DNA from: Armatimonadota bacterium
Lineage (GTDB): Bacteria > Armatimonadota > UBA5829 > DTJY01
Length of the DNA stretch: 64,000 nt
Assembly: GCA_017993055.1 (NCBI GenBank)
Contig: JAGONM010000002.1
Coordinates: 68,821-132,820 of the forward strand
Direction of reading: 5' to 3'
Part shown: piece by piece, positions 34,442 to 43,686 of the stretch
Layout of the letters: every line of letters starts with the position of its first letter
Position numbering within the stretch: the first letter of the stretch is position 1
Notes under the pieces: model-generated
Databases searched by the model: none
Seen by the model: only the letters and a program-made list of their open reading frames with translations
Told to the model about the DNA's origin: nothing
Made by a program: the position numbers and the translations under genes

Positions 34442-36508
34442 CTACCGGCCGAGGATCTTCGCTGTGTTCGCCGCGTACTTGCCCTCGTACTCCTTCTGCA
34501 GGCGGTCGCGGAGGGCCGGGTCGGATGTGATCAGGACGAATCGGCTGATATCCACCTTGTCGAACGTAATGGTCACCTTCGAACCGTTGCGCTCCCACGC
34601 CATGCCTGTGACTCCACGGTGTGTTACCTCCATCACCCCTGCCGGATCGAGCCACGCCGGAATCTCGATCGTCACCGATGCTTTCTCGACGGGTTTGTAC
34701 ACCGTGCCGACCCGATCACACGCGACATCGTCGTTGACGACCACAAGCGCGATGGTATCGGCGCCCGACAGCAGTGTGCGAGTCCACAGCTCCTTAGGCG
34801 CCTCGACGTTCAAGTCCGCTGGACAACTTCCGGTGATGATCTCGCCGGCCGTCCGCACTTCGGCTCCCAGGAGGCCGATCTCCTTCCAGAGCGCCTTCGC
34901 TTCAGGCTCGTCCGTGCCGAGCCCCACGCAGTTCACGTCGGGCGCGAACCACCAGTACGAGAGGCCCTTCGCGCCGTTGCCGATCGCGTAGTAGACCTCC
35001 ATGCGCTTCTCCTCCGGGGTTGGGTATCTACCCTTCTGGCCCTTCTTCTCGTCCTGGTATCTCGTCGAGCAGAGGATCACGTGAAGGGGCTTCGGTTGGC
35101 ACGATGACTGCGAGATGGTGGTGACCGCGCTGACGTACGTCGGCTTCGAATGTACCGCCAGCGTGCCGGGGTGGTTGAAGTACGTCTGATCGAGCTGCTC
35201 CGGGTAATATGGGTCAACGCATGGGATGTCTGCGAGTTGGTGATACATGTACCAGTTCTCGGGTTTGTAGGTGTTGTCTATATTGAGCAGCAGGGGGACT
35301 CTCGGGTTGTGTTCCCGCAGCGCCCCGGACCACCGGATCAGCCACATGCCGAGCGATCCGAGTCGGTCCCACGCTTCGAGTGCGTCCGTCGCCACGTCGT
35401 GAGCATCAGGCTCGTCCTGCACGAAGAAGAACGTCGGATCGTACGGGCCGACATCCCAGGTGGTCATCCGGCCCATGCCGAGCGTCTTGCAGAACTCCCA
35501 TCCTTTCTCGCTCACGAAGAAGCTGTGTCCGGCGTGGGTGGAGTGGCCCATGTGGCAGTTGATGTTGTGCGCGGCCCAGTCGGTCAGGTATTCCTTCCCC
35601 ACCTTCTCGGAACTGCCGCCGCCGCGTCCTCCGCCCCACATTCCGTATACCATTTCACGGCCCCAGGCGCGGGTGCCCGCGACCGCTGCCGAGCCGTCCG
35701 GGTAGGTGACCTTGAGGTTCTGGTACGACATCCATTCCAGCGGAGACTGGAGCCGCAAGACTATAGGGCTGATGCTCTGCGATTCGTCCCAGGCGATCTT
35801 GCACGAGGACGTCAGGTCCTTGCCGTTCAGGAAGACCTTAGTCGGCCTCATTCCGGTCCCCGGGTGCTTCGGGTAGAGGTAGATTGTCGAGAGGTCGGGG
35901 CTGAAGCTGATGGTGGCGAAACGAGGCTGGCTGCGGTCGGTCTCGACCACGGTGGATAGCGATACGTTCTCGCCGATGATGCCGACGGTGAGCTTGTCAA
36001 GCCTCGGAGCGCGCTTCATCCTGATCACGATTTCGCCCATGCCGTGCGAGGGGATTACCCTCGGCTCGGCTCTCCACCAGGCAGGCCATCCGGCTTCCTT
36101 GAGAAGCTCGATCTGCTTCTGCGGCAGTCCGGAGAGCAGGATGCTTGCCCCGTACTTGTCTTCGGGGCTCTCGGTCACGTCGGTTACGCCGATTCCCTGA
36201 GAGAGCTTGATGCCCCCTATAGTAACGTCCTTGATCGCGAGCCTGTCGAAGCTGCTGTTCCTGACGTAGACGAAAAGGTACCCCCCGAGAGGCATCCCGG
36301 GGCGCGCGTAGAGCAGCTTGCTGCCGTCAGGCCCCTTGAGCGACCATCCTTCCTGCCAGAGCGGCATGAACTCGGGAAACGGCTCGTCCGCGAAGTATGC
36401 CGACCCCACTACCACCGGTTGGGCGACCGCCATGGCGGCGATGCAGGCAATCAGAACCATCGTTGCCACAACAATCCTTGTTCTCATATCAAGTCTCCTC
36501 AGAGTCAC
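34442..36508 (-). CDS. secreted hypothetical protein, paralog B of the same ~685-aa family
   Basis: Signal peptide/TM (IVVATMVLIACIAAMAVA). Collinear similarity to 31386-33434 along the full length. Confidence 0.5.
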   Translation of the reverse strand: MTLRRLDMRTRIVVATMVLIACIAAMAVAQPVVVGSAYFADEPFPEFMPLWQEGWSLKGPDGSKLLYARPGMPLGGYLFVYVRNSSFDRLAIKDVTIGGIKLSQGIGVTDVTESPEDKYGASILLSGLPQKQIELLKEAGWPAWWRAEPRVIPSHGMGEIVIRMKRAPRLDKLTVGIIGENVSLSTVVETDRSQPRFATISFSPDLSTIYLYPKHPGTGMRPTKVFLNGKDLTSSCKIAWDESQSISPIVLRLQSPLEWMSYQNLKVTYPDGSAAVAGTRAWGREMVYGMWGGGRGGGSSEKVGKEYLTDWAAHNINCHMGHSTHAGHSFFVSEKGWEFCKTLGMGRMTTWDVGPYDPTFFFVQDEPDAHDVATDALEAWDRLGSLGMWLIRWSGALREHNPRVPLLLNIDNTYKPENWYMYHQLADIPCVDPYYPEQLDQTYFNHPGTLAVHSKPTYVSAVTTISQSSCQPKPLHVILCSTRYQDEKKGQKGRYPTPEEKRMEVYYAIGNGAKGLSYWWFAPDVNCVGLGTDEPEAKALWKEIGLLGAEVRTAGEIITGSCPADLNVEAPKELWTRTLLSGADTIALVVVNDDVACDRVGTVYKPVEKASVTIEIPAWLDPAGVMEVTHRGVTGMAWERNGSKVTITFDKVDISRFVLITSDPALRDRLQKEYEGKYAANTAKILGR

Positions 36509-36540
36509 TTGTCCGCAGGCGGCAGTCTGCGGAGTTCAGT

Positions 36541-38040
36541 CTATCTGCCGTACCGCTTTTCCAACTCCTCCGCGTGATGCGCCCGTCCGGACGTGCGGAG
36601 GCGCTTGCAGTACTCCTCGAGCGCACCGCGCGTGTGCAGAGGCCCACCCTCGCGCATGACGGTCCAGAGCGGATCGACGTTCGTCTGCGATGTTGCCATC
36701 ATCTCTGCCTGCCACTCGTGGAGCAGCCCCTCGGCGTACTTCACTATGTCCGAATGCTCCTCGGCTAGGTTGCTCGTCTCATGCGGGTCGCTCTCGACGT
36801 TGAACAGCATTTCCGGCGGGAAGTCCTTGAGACCGTCATGGTAGGTGCGGATCATGATCCACGGCCCGAATCGGACGGCTCGCTGGCAGCTCCACGCGCA
36901 CTGGCTCACGACGAGGTATTCGTGCCCCGACGGCGTGCCGTCTCGGAGCGTCGGCGCATAGCTCTTCCCGTCCCAGACCGGCGGGATCGGCTGACCGAGC
37001 AGTTCGGCCATCGTCGGCGGGAGGTCGAGGTTGTAGTGGAACGCCTCGTCCACCGTGCCGCTCTTCATCCCCGGCCAGCGGACGATCATCGGAATGCGGG
37101 ATGTGCACTGATCGGCGGTCTGATGATCGCCGTAGACGTTCAACTCTCCCAGGTTCTCCCCGTGGTCGGAACTGACCAGGATCACCGTGTCATCGAGCAC
37201 ACCTTCGTCGGCAAGGGCATTCAGCACCTGGCCGATATGGTCGTCCATGTACCTGATGCCAGTATCGTACCCGTTTATCCAGCGCACCCAATCCCGATGC
37301 GTCTTGATTTCCGTCGGGACACGGGGCCACTTGTAGTCCTGCGGGACATCCATGTGGATCGGCTCGCAGGCGCTGTGCGGACCGTAGCTCGCGCGGTGCT
37401 CTCGGATGATCTCCTCGGTCATCCAGGCGGGCGTCGGATCGTTCTCGAACGGCTCGCCGTATTCCATCGGTGCGCGGTAAGGCGTGTGCGGATCCCACAG
37501 GTTGAGCTGCAGGAACCAGTTGTCCTGTTTGGCGTTCCGGTCGATCCATTCGAGCGCGTGCGGAGTGACCTCATCGGCGCTCTCTAGGCCGCCCTTGCCC
37601 GGGTTCACCATCTCATTGAAGCCGGTATAGAACCACCAGGCGGAGTGGCGCTCGGCGAACGGGCTGATGGAGATCGTTCGGAATCCGGCGCGTCGGAGCA
37701 TGCTCATCCAGGCAGTCGACGATGCTGCGGTGCGGAACATCCGGCTCTCGCCCTGGATGAACGGGTCGGCGGCGGTCCCTCCGTGGCCGACGACTCCGGT
37801 ATGGATACCGAACCGGCACGCATACAGCGCCGACCTCGACGGCAGGCACGGAGCGTCCGGCGTGTAGTACTTCTCGAAACGCACGCCCTCCGATGCGATC
37901 CGGTCGAGATTCGGCGATGTGTTTCGATGGTATCCGTAGCAGCCCAGATGGTCCGGACGCAGGGTATCCAGATCGAGATAGAGAATCCTCAACGATCTTC
38001 CTCCAACTCTCCTGAGCCCCGTGCGTCCTATCGGTCCCAT
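36541..38040 (-). CDS. formylglycine-dependent sulfatase (arylsulfatase family)
   Basis: ILYLDLDTLRPDHLGCYG, then the C-x-P-x-R FGly motif CLPSRSALYA. Start refined to an internal Met to remove a 44-aa Arg-rich extension. Confidence 0.8.
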   Translation of the reverse strand: MGPIGRTGLRRVGGRSLRILYLDLDTLRPDHLGCYGYHRNTSPNLDRIASEGVRFEKYYTPDAPCLPSRSALYACRFGIHTGVVGHGGTAADPFIQGESRMFRTAASSTAWMSMLRRAGFRTISISPFAERHSAWWFYTGFNEMVNPGKGGLESADEVTPHALEWIDRNAKQDNWFLQLNLWDPHTPYRAPMEYGEPFENDPTPAWMTEEIIREHRASYGPHSACEPIHMDVPQDYKWPRVPTEIKTHRDWVRWINGYDTGIRYMDDHIGQVLNALADEGVLDDTVILVSSDHGENLGELNVYGDHQTADQCTSRIPMIVRWPGMKSGTVDEAFHYNLDLPPTMAELLGQPIPPVWDGKSYAPTLRDGTPSGHEYLVVSQCAWSCQRAVRFGPWIMIRTYHDGLKDFPPEMLFNVESDPHETSNLAEEHSDIVKYAEGLLHEWQAEMMATSQTNVDPLWTVMREGGPLHTRGALEEYCKRLRTSGRAHHAEELEKRYGR

Positions 38041-38080
38041 ATGTCCCACGGGACGGACGTGACGTATGGGACTTAGGTGT

Positions 38081-39487
38081 CTACTCCCTCGCCACCAGGG
38101 CGCTGCACCCCGGCGCGTCGGCCTGCTTCGCGCAGACGCCCAGCAGATAGTCCGGGAATCCGCCCTGTGCATCCTCGACCCCGAGTTGATAGAGGCGCTT
38201 TACCTGATCGGGATGCTCGTCCGCGATGTTCTTCGACAACCCGGGGTCGGAAGTCCTGTCGAACAGGAATCCGCCCGTGCCGTCAATCTTGATGTTCAGC
38301 CACCAGCGGTAGTCCATCACCGTGATCGCCGTACCCCATGCTACCGTTACGTGCTCTCTGATCTTGGATTCTCCGGAGACCGCGGCCTTCCAGAACGGCC
38401 GACCGTCGAACGGCTCCGGCGGATTCGCGCCCGCGAACTGCAGAACCTGTCCCGCGAGGTCGGTGTGCTGCACGAAGAGACTGCTTCTGATGCCCGCGCC
38501 GACGCCTTCGGGATGCCGGATGATGAGCGGCACGTCGTAGACCGACGGGTGCGACGGATATCCGCGCTTGCCGAGGAAGTCGTTGTCGCCGATCGAGTGG
38601 CCGTGGTCGGCGGTCACGATCAGTATCGTGTTCTCGAGGAGTCCGAGGGCACGCATGGTCTCATAGAGGTGGCCTAACCACCGGTCGCACATCGTCACCA
38701 GGCCGCTGTAGTTTGCCCGGGCGCGTTTCAAGAGCTCCGGGGGCATGGTAGTCGTGTCCATATAGCCCGAGATCACCCATTCAGGGCCGTCGGTCGGATC
38801 GTACATCCTGCGGTAGTGCTCCGGCACGAACCAGGGCTCGTGCGGGTCGAAGCTCTCGATCGTGAGGAAGAAGTTGTCCGAGTCCCGGTTCTGTTCGAGC
38901 CATCTTGCCGACTCGATCAGTACGCGGGGCGCGAAGTAGTCCTCTTCCTTGTCGCGGCCGTACATGTTCTTGACGCACTGACGGATGAACGGGGTCCGGT
39001 ACTCGTTGTGAAACTCCTTCGGAAGCCACCGATACAGCTCTTCGTCGGTCGGTTCGGGGCCGCTCCGGTACTTGTCCGTCTCCTGACCGCGAAGGAACAT
39101 CCACTGATCGAAGCCCCGCCAATAGTTCTTCGACGGCTTGAACTGATGGTAGACGTCGGAGATCATCGCGGTCCGGTAACCGTTCTCATTCAGGACTTCC
39201 GCAAGGGTCGGTTGATCCTCCGGTATCGGGCCCCATCCCGGCGCGCCGACGAAGTCGCCCTTGAGCCGGAAGTCGCCGAGGTGGAACGGGTAGACCCGCC
39301 TGCCCGTGTAGAGCGCGCGCCGGGTCGGAAGAGTGGGGAGCGACTCGGGGTACATCGCGTCCACCACGAGCGATTCCCCGGCCAGCGCGTCCAGATGTGG
39401 CGTCTGGACCTTGCCCCAGGGCGGCTCCCCGTAGCACCCTACGCAGTCCTTCCTCAGCGAATCGAAGACCAGCAGTATGATGTTCAT
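38081..39487 (-). CDS. sulfatase-family (alkaline-phosphatase superfamily) protein with Thr replacing the FGly-forming Cys/Ser (T-L-P-T-R)
   Basis: IILLVFDSLRKD ... ESLPTLPTRRALYTGRR aligns to the C/S-x-P-x-R-xxx-LxTGR signature of the neighbouring sulfatases, but with Thr at the nucleophile position. No signal peptide. Confidence 0.7.
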   Translation of the reverse strand: MNIILLVFDSLRKDCVGCYGEPPWGKVQTPHLDALAGESLVVDAMYPESLPTLPTRRALYTGRRVYPFHLGDFRLKGDFVGAPGWGPIPEDQPTLAEVLNENGYRTAMISDVYHQFKPSKNYWRGFDQWMFLRGQETDKYRSGPEPTDEELYRWLPKEFHNEYRTPFIRQCVKNMYGRDKEEDYFAPRVLIESARWLEQNRDSDNFFLTIESFDPHEPWFVPEHYRRMYDPTDGPEWVISGYMDTTTMPPELLKRARANYSGLVTMCDRWLGHLYETMRALGLLENTILIVTADHGHSIGDNDFLGKRGYPSHPSVYDVPLIIRHPEGVGAGIRSSLFVQHTDLAGQVLQFAGANPPEPFDGRPFWKAAVSGESKIREHVTVAWGTAITVMDYRWWLNIKIDGTGGFLFDRTSDPGLSKNIADEHPDQVKRLYQLGVEDAQGGFPDYLLGVCAKQADAPGCSALVARE

Positions 39488-39546
39488 TCAACTCTCTCCC
39501 TGTCAGTTTCTCCCTGTCTTCCGGCATCCTTCCGTGCTTCCGTGTT

Positions 39547-40638
39547 CTACGGGTTGGGCAGTCTCAGCTCGACCGGGAGCATCTTCGTGAACTCCTTGTG
39601 CGGCTCGGTCTGATACCAGTAGGTCGTCGAGGACCAGTCGTCGCTCCGGTCGTTCGCATGCCCGTGCTCGATCGAGACGCGGATGTTCTTTTTGAACGGC
39701 ACCGGGTCGAGGATGTGATAGCGGTAGACGCATACCTTGCCCCACTCGTTCCAGCCCTGATCGAGTTCGCTCCAAGCCTGACCGTTGTAGAGGAACGCGT
39801 TCTGCTGCATTCCCCACGCCTGGGCAAGGTAGTCCTCGCTCCCCGTGCCGTGCATGTCCGGCGGCCACTGACGCTCCCCGTCGCGGTCGATGAAGATCAT
39901 GTCGTCGCCCTCACCCCACCAGCCCTTCTGAGTGTGATCGATGGAGAAGTTCACGCCGACGTAGTGCCCGATCCCCTCGGCTTCGAGGATCAGGTAGTTG
40001 TCCTTGTCGCTGAGGTTGATGCCCTCGGGACCTTTGTGGCGCTGGTGGAACGCTTGTGAGGCCCAGACGCTGCCCTCGCCGGTCCAGCCGTCGCACGGGT
40101 TCTCCCTGCGCCACTTCGCGTGGAAGTAGAGTGTGTCGTCTCCCAGCGACTGGTGCTTCTGGTAGTCGATGTAGAAATAGAATGCGTGCACCGGCTCGGT
40201 CTGCTCGTTGACGATCTCGACGCGTGCGTGTTTGCGGAACGGCATCTGGAACCAGCAGTTCATCGCCACTCCGCCGCCGACTACGCACTGCTCGAAGCAG
40301 CTCGTATTGAACGGCGCGCACTGGTAGGAGTACGTCCGCGCATGGCCGAGCCCGAAGAAGTCGCCGACCGGCGTCTCGACCGACGGCGTCTTCTCGCCGT
40401 CCCAGTACATCCGCAGGATGAGCTTCCGCAGGTAGAGCGGATCAGGCGATGCGATGGTGAACCAGATGTGGCTGATAGCGCCCGGGCCGTCAATCTCGGC
40501 AAGCACCTTCGCCTCTCCCGGCTCGATGCGCCAGGCATCGGCATTGCGCCCGGATACGTCGTAGCTGCTCACACGTCCGACACTGAAATCCCTGGCCGTC
40601 GTGAGCGAAGACAGCATGTTGCACGGAACGATTGCCAT
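39547..40638 (-). CDS. DUF2961 / glycoside hydrolase family 172-like protein
   Basis: ISHIWFT and GTGSEDY motifs characteristic of DUF2961 (GH172: difructose-dianhydride hydrolase / alpha-D-arabinofuranosidase type). 363 aa, cytoplasmic. Confidence 0.7.
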   Translation of the reverse strand: MAIVPCNMLSSLTTARDFSVGRVSSYDVSGRNADAWRIEPGEAKVLAEIDGPGAISHIWFTIASPDPLYLRKLILRMYWDGEKTPSVETPVGDFFGLGHARTYSYQCAPFNTSCFEQCVVGGGVAMNCWFQMPFRKHARVEIVNEQTEPVHAFYFYIDYQKHQSLGDDTLYFHAKWRRENPCDGWTGEGSVWASQAFHQRHKGPEGINLSDKDNYLILEAEGIGHYVGVNFSIDHTQKGWWGEGDDMIFIDRDGERQWPPDMHGTGSEDYLAQAWGMQQNAFLYNGQAWSELDQGWNEWGKVCVYRYHILDPVPFKKNIRVSIEHGHANDRSDDWSSTTYWYQTEPHKEFTKMLPVELRLPNP

Positions 40639-40674
40639 AGATAGTCCTCCAAGAAGCAGATAACGGTACGGCCT

Positions 40675-40739
40675 GTCATTCTGAGCGAAGCGAAGAAATC
40701 CGAGATTGCCGCGAGATCCTTCGCTTCGCTCAGAATGAC
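40675..40739. repeat. 21-bp perfect inverted repeat GTCATTCTGAGCGAAGCGAAG ... CTTCGCTTCGCTCAGAATGAC (23-nt spacer) between sulfatase and GH172 genes
   Basis: Read directly. No U-tract on either side, so not a canonical terminator. Candidate operator, REP-like element or RNA-processing hairpin. Confidence 0.6.
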
Positions 40740-40752
40740 CATTCGACGAAGA

Positions 40753-42138
40753 TCAGCCGTTTACCTCGCGGAACTGGCGGTCGTCGGTCCGAAGTCTGAA
40801 GTCGAGCAGTTCGTGTCTCAAGCGCCGGACCTCTCCGATTGTGTCCGGCCGCCCCGCGAGGTTCAGCGATTCGGTCGGATCCTCGGCCAGGTCAAATAGC
40901 TGGAGCACGTCATTGCGGGTGTTCACTGTCATCTTCCATCGGCCGTCGGAGATCATGGCGCGGTCAAAAATCTCGCTGACGACTACCGAGGATCCGACCG
41001 CCGATCCGTCGAGCGCTGGATGGACCGCCCGCCCGAAGACGTTGGCTCGAGGCTCGCATCCGGCGGCATCGAGCAGCGTGGCCGTCAGATCGGTGAGCGA
41101 CACGAGGCTGTCGGATTTCATGGGTGCAGGGACCCCTCCGGGCGGACGAATGATCGCCGGCACATGAGCCGAAGACTCAAAGAATGTCTCCTTGTGGCAC
41201 CTGCCTTTGTCGCCTGCCATCTCGCCGTGATCGCTCCAGAAGAGCACCCACGAATCCTCTCCCCTGGTCCCGTACCATGCTTCCAGGACGCGACCCATGA
41301 CCGTATCCACATGCTCGACCTTCGCCGAGTAGAGGGCTCGGAGGCGCGCGAACTGCTCGGGAGTCGTGTCCATATGATGGCCCATAAGCTTCTGATGGAA
41401 CTCGAGCGCCGGTCCGCTGAGCCATTCGGGCGCGGGATCGCGGGGCAGGGGAGGCGGCATGCCCTCCGGCGGATACGTGTCGAAGCGCTGCGGCGGGTCC
41501 CACGGATTGTGTGGGCCGCCGATCCCGACGAACAGATACAGCGGCTGGGATCGGTCGGACGACGCGATGTACTCGACCGCCTGCATGCCGATGAAGTCGT
41601 CGGCATGTTTGCCGTCCGGGAGCGGGGAAGGCCAATGCGCGAGGTCCCAGCCGACTTCCTTGCGCCTGCGGTAGTCTTCGAGGAAGAGATCGAGGATGCC
41701 GTTGGCCTCGAAGAAGTCCGTGAGGATGGACCTGGTGGTCTGCGTCGAGAGCGGCCCGGTGCACTCCCGGATGTCGTCCCATCCCAACGCACGCATGTAG
41801 GGCTCCTCCGAGCGGAGGTCCTTGCTGCCGCCGTGCGGATAGAGATGGCTCTTCCCGACGTGGCACGTGCGGTATCCTGCTTCCTTCAGGGCGTGCAGGC
41901 AGGAGTCGCCCGTGTCCGGCAGCCGGCCGATATTGTCCCACATGCCGAAGTTGTGCGGGTACATGCCGGTGAGGAACGAGGCCCGTGCCGGCATGCATAT
42001 CGGGGAGGTGGTGTAGCATCGGTCGAGTGTTAGTCCCTGGGCGGCGAGCGAATCGAGCGCCGGCGTTCGGACGTGCGGAACGCCGATCCAGTCGAACCGG
42101 TGCTGGTCTGTCATCAGGACGAGAATATCCTTCGGCAT
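40753..42138 (-). CDS. formylglycine-dependent sulfatase
   Basis: ILVLMTDQHRFD ... SPICMPARASFLTG (C-x-P-x-R). No obvious signal peptide. Confidence 0.85.
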   Translation of the reverse strand: MPKDILVLMTDQHRFDWIGVPHVRTPALDSLAAQGLTLDRCYTTSPICMPARASFLTGMYPHNFGMWDNIGRLPDTGDSCLHALKEAGYRTCHVGKSHLYPHGGSKDLRSEEPYMRALGWDDIRECTGPLSTQTTRSILTDFFEANGILDLFLEDYRRRKEVGWDLAHWPSPLPDGKHADDFIGMQAVEYIASSDRSQPLYLFVGIGGPHNPWDPPQRFDTYPPEGMPPPLPRDPAPEWLSGPALEFHQKLMGHHMDTTPEQFARLRALYSAKVEHVDTVMGRVLEAWYGTRGEDSWVLFWSDHGEMAGDKGRCHKETFFESSAHVPAIIRPPGGVPAPMKSDSLVSLTDLTATLLDAAGCEPRANVFGRAVHPALDGSAVGSSVVVSEIFDRAMISDGRWKMTVNTRNDVLQLFDLAEDPTESLNLAGRPDTIGEVRRLRHELLDFRLRTDDRQFREVNG

Positions 42139-42246
42139 GTGCTGCTCCTGCTCGTATTCCTAATCGTAATCGTACTCGAATCCGGGCGAAGCATTGGCGA
42201 TGCGATTCGGGCACTCGGTGCTCACCGATGGGCTAATGCTTCGCCC

Positions 42247-43683
42247 CTACAGGTTATGTCGTGCGGCAACCTCCAGTGGCATCTCGCGCGGGTCCCCGCC
42301 CGGCCCCGGCCAGCGGAGACCGACATCCCTCACTCCAACTCCGAGCAGCCTCCTGCATAGCTCCAGGGTCAGCCGCTCACCTACGTCACTCAGGGAAGAA
42401 TCCTCAAACCGGTTGTGCAGTTCGTCGGGGTCGGTACCAAGATCATACAACTCGCAGGCGTCATCAGAGTAGACGGAAAGCTTGTATCTGCCGTCGGACA
42501 GCATGGCGCCCGGGCCGAAGTTGTTCGGCATGAACGGCGCCTTCTGGTGCTCGCCAAACGGACCGGGCCACGTCGGGGCCTGCATCCCGGCCTCGACGAG
42601 CACCGTCTCCCGTCCTTCATTGAGCCTCTTCTCGGCCAGCCGCTCATGGAGCGATTCCCCGACGAACGTCGGCGGCCGCTCGATCCCGCAGGCCTCGAGG
42701 ATCGTCGGCGCGAGGTCTATTTCCTCGACCAGGCCCTTGAAAGTGCCCCGGTACAGTCCGTCCGGGTGACGCATTATGAAGGGAATCCGAGTCAGCGGCT
42801 CGTAGAAGACGCCGATCTTGTGAAACGCGCCTTGGTTACCCAGCAGTTCCCCGTGATCTGACATGAATACCACCAGCGTATCCTTGTCGTGTCCCGTCTC
42901 GGCAAGCGCATCGAGTATCTTCCCCACCGCATCGTCTATGTACCTGATCTGCCCCATGTACGCCGCGATCGCCCGCCTGATCTCATCATCCGTCGCCTCG
43001 GACGCCCGGCTGTTGGCCTGCCAGTTCGTGAGCCGCCGGGGTTTCCCGGTTCCGCCGCCTTCGCGGTACATCGGGGGAATCTCGATCTCGTCGCGATCGA
43101 ACATGGAGAAGTACGGCTCCGGGCAGGTGAACGCGGGGTGGGGGTCCTGCCAGTTCACCCAGAGCAGGAACGGCTCATTGGTCTTCCGAAGGAATCCGAC
43201 TGCCTCGTCCGCCAGCGCGCCGGTCAGGTTGAGGTGGTAATCCGGCTCCATGGGGAACGCGTCAAACGAACGCTTGTACCGGGGATGGTCGTCATAATTC
43301 CCGGCGCAGGCTTCATGTAACTCGTCCCATATTTCCGGCAGTTGCCCGCTGCTGAAGCAGTGGTTCTTGCCGAACATGGCGGTTCGATGGCCCGATTCCT
43401 TGAGCGAGCGTACGAGGTTCGGGACCGCGTAGTCTACCGTCGAGCCGTAGTTCCGATGTCCGTGCTCCGACATGCGAGTGGACGTGACGAAGCTGATCCT
43501 GCTCGGCCCGCACAAGGGAGCCGCGCAGTACGCCCGGTCGAGCCGGACTCCCTCCGCGGCCAGGCGATCAATGTTCGCCGTGCCGACTGTCGGATGGCCG
43601 TAGCACGTCAGGTAGTCGGCCCGCAACTGATCGGGGCAGAGTATCAGCACATTCAGTGGCCTGGGAGCATTTCCATTCTTCAC
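42247..43683 (-). CDS. formylglycine-dependent sulfatase
   Basis: VLILCPDQLRAD ... APLCGPSRISFVTS (C-x-P-x-R). Confidence 0.85.
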   Translation of the reverse strand: MKNGNAPRPLNVLILCPDQLRADYLTCYGHPTVGTANIDRLAAEGVRLDRAYCAAPLCGPSRISFVTSTRMSEHGHRNYGSTVDYAVPNLVRSLKESGHRTAMFGKNHCFSSGQLPEIWDELHEACAGNYDDHPRYKRSFDAFPMEPDYHLNLTGALADEAVGFLRKTNEPFLLWVNWQDPHPAFTCPEPYFSMFDRDEIEIPPMYREGGGTGKPRRLTNWQANSRASEATDDEIRRAIAAYMGQIRYIDDAVGKILDALAETGHDKDTLVVFMSDHGELLGNQGAFHKIGVFYEPLTRIPFIMRHPDGLYRGTFKGLVEEIDLAPTILEACGIERPPTFVGESLHERLAEKRLNEGRETVLVEAGMQAPTWPGPFGEHQKAPFMPNNFGPGAMLSDGRYKLSVYSDDACELYDLGTDPDELHNRFEDSSLSDVGERLTLELCRRLLGVGVRDVGLRWPGPGGDPREMPLEVAARHNL

Positions 43684-43686
43684 TGT

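Noticed and set aside
38041-38172. 44-aa N-terminal extension of the 36541 sulfatase
   Set aside because: Arg/Trp-rich, no signal-peptide character. The sulfatase core begins right after the internal Met.
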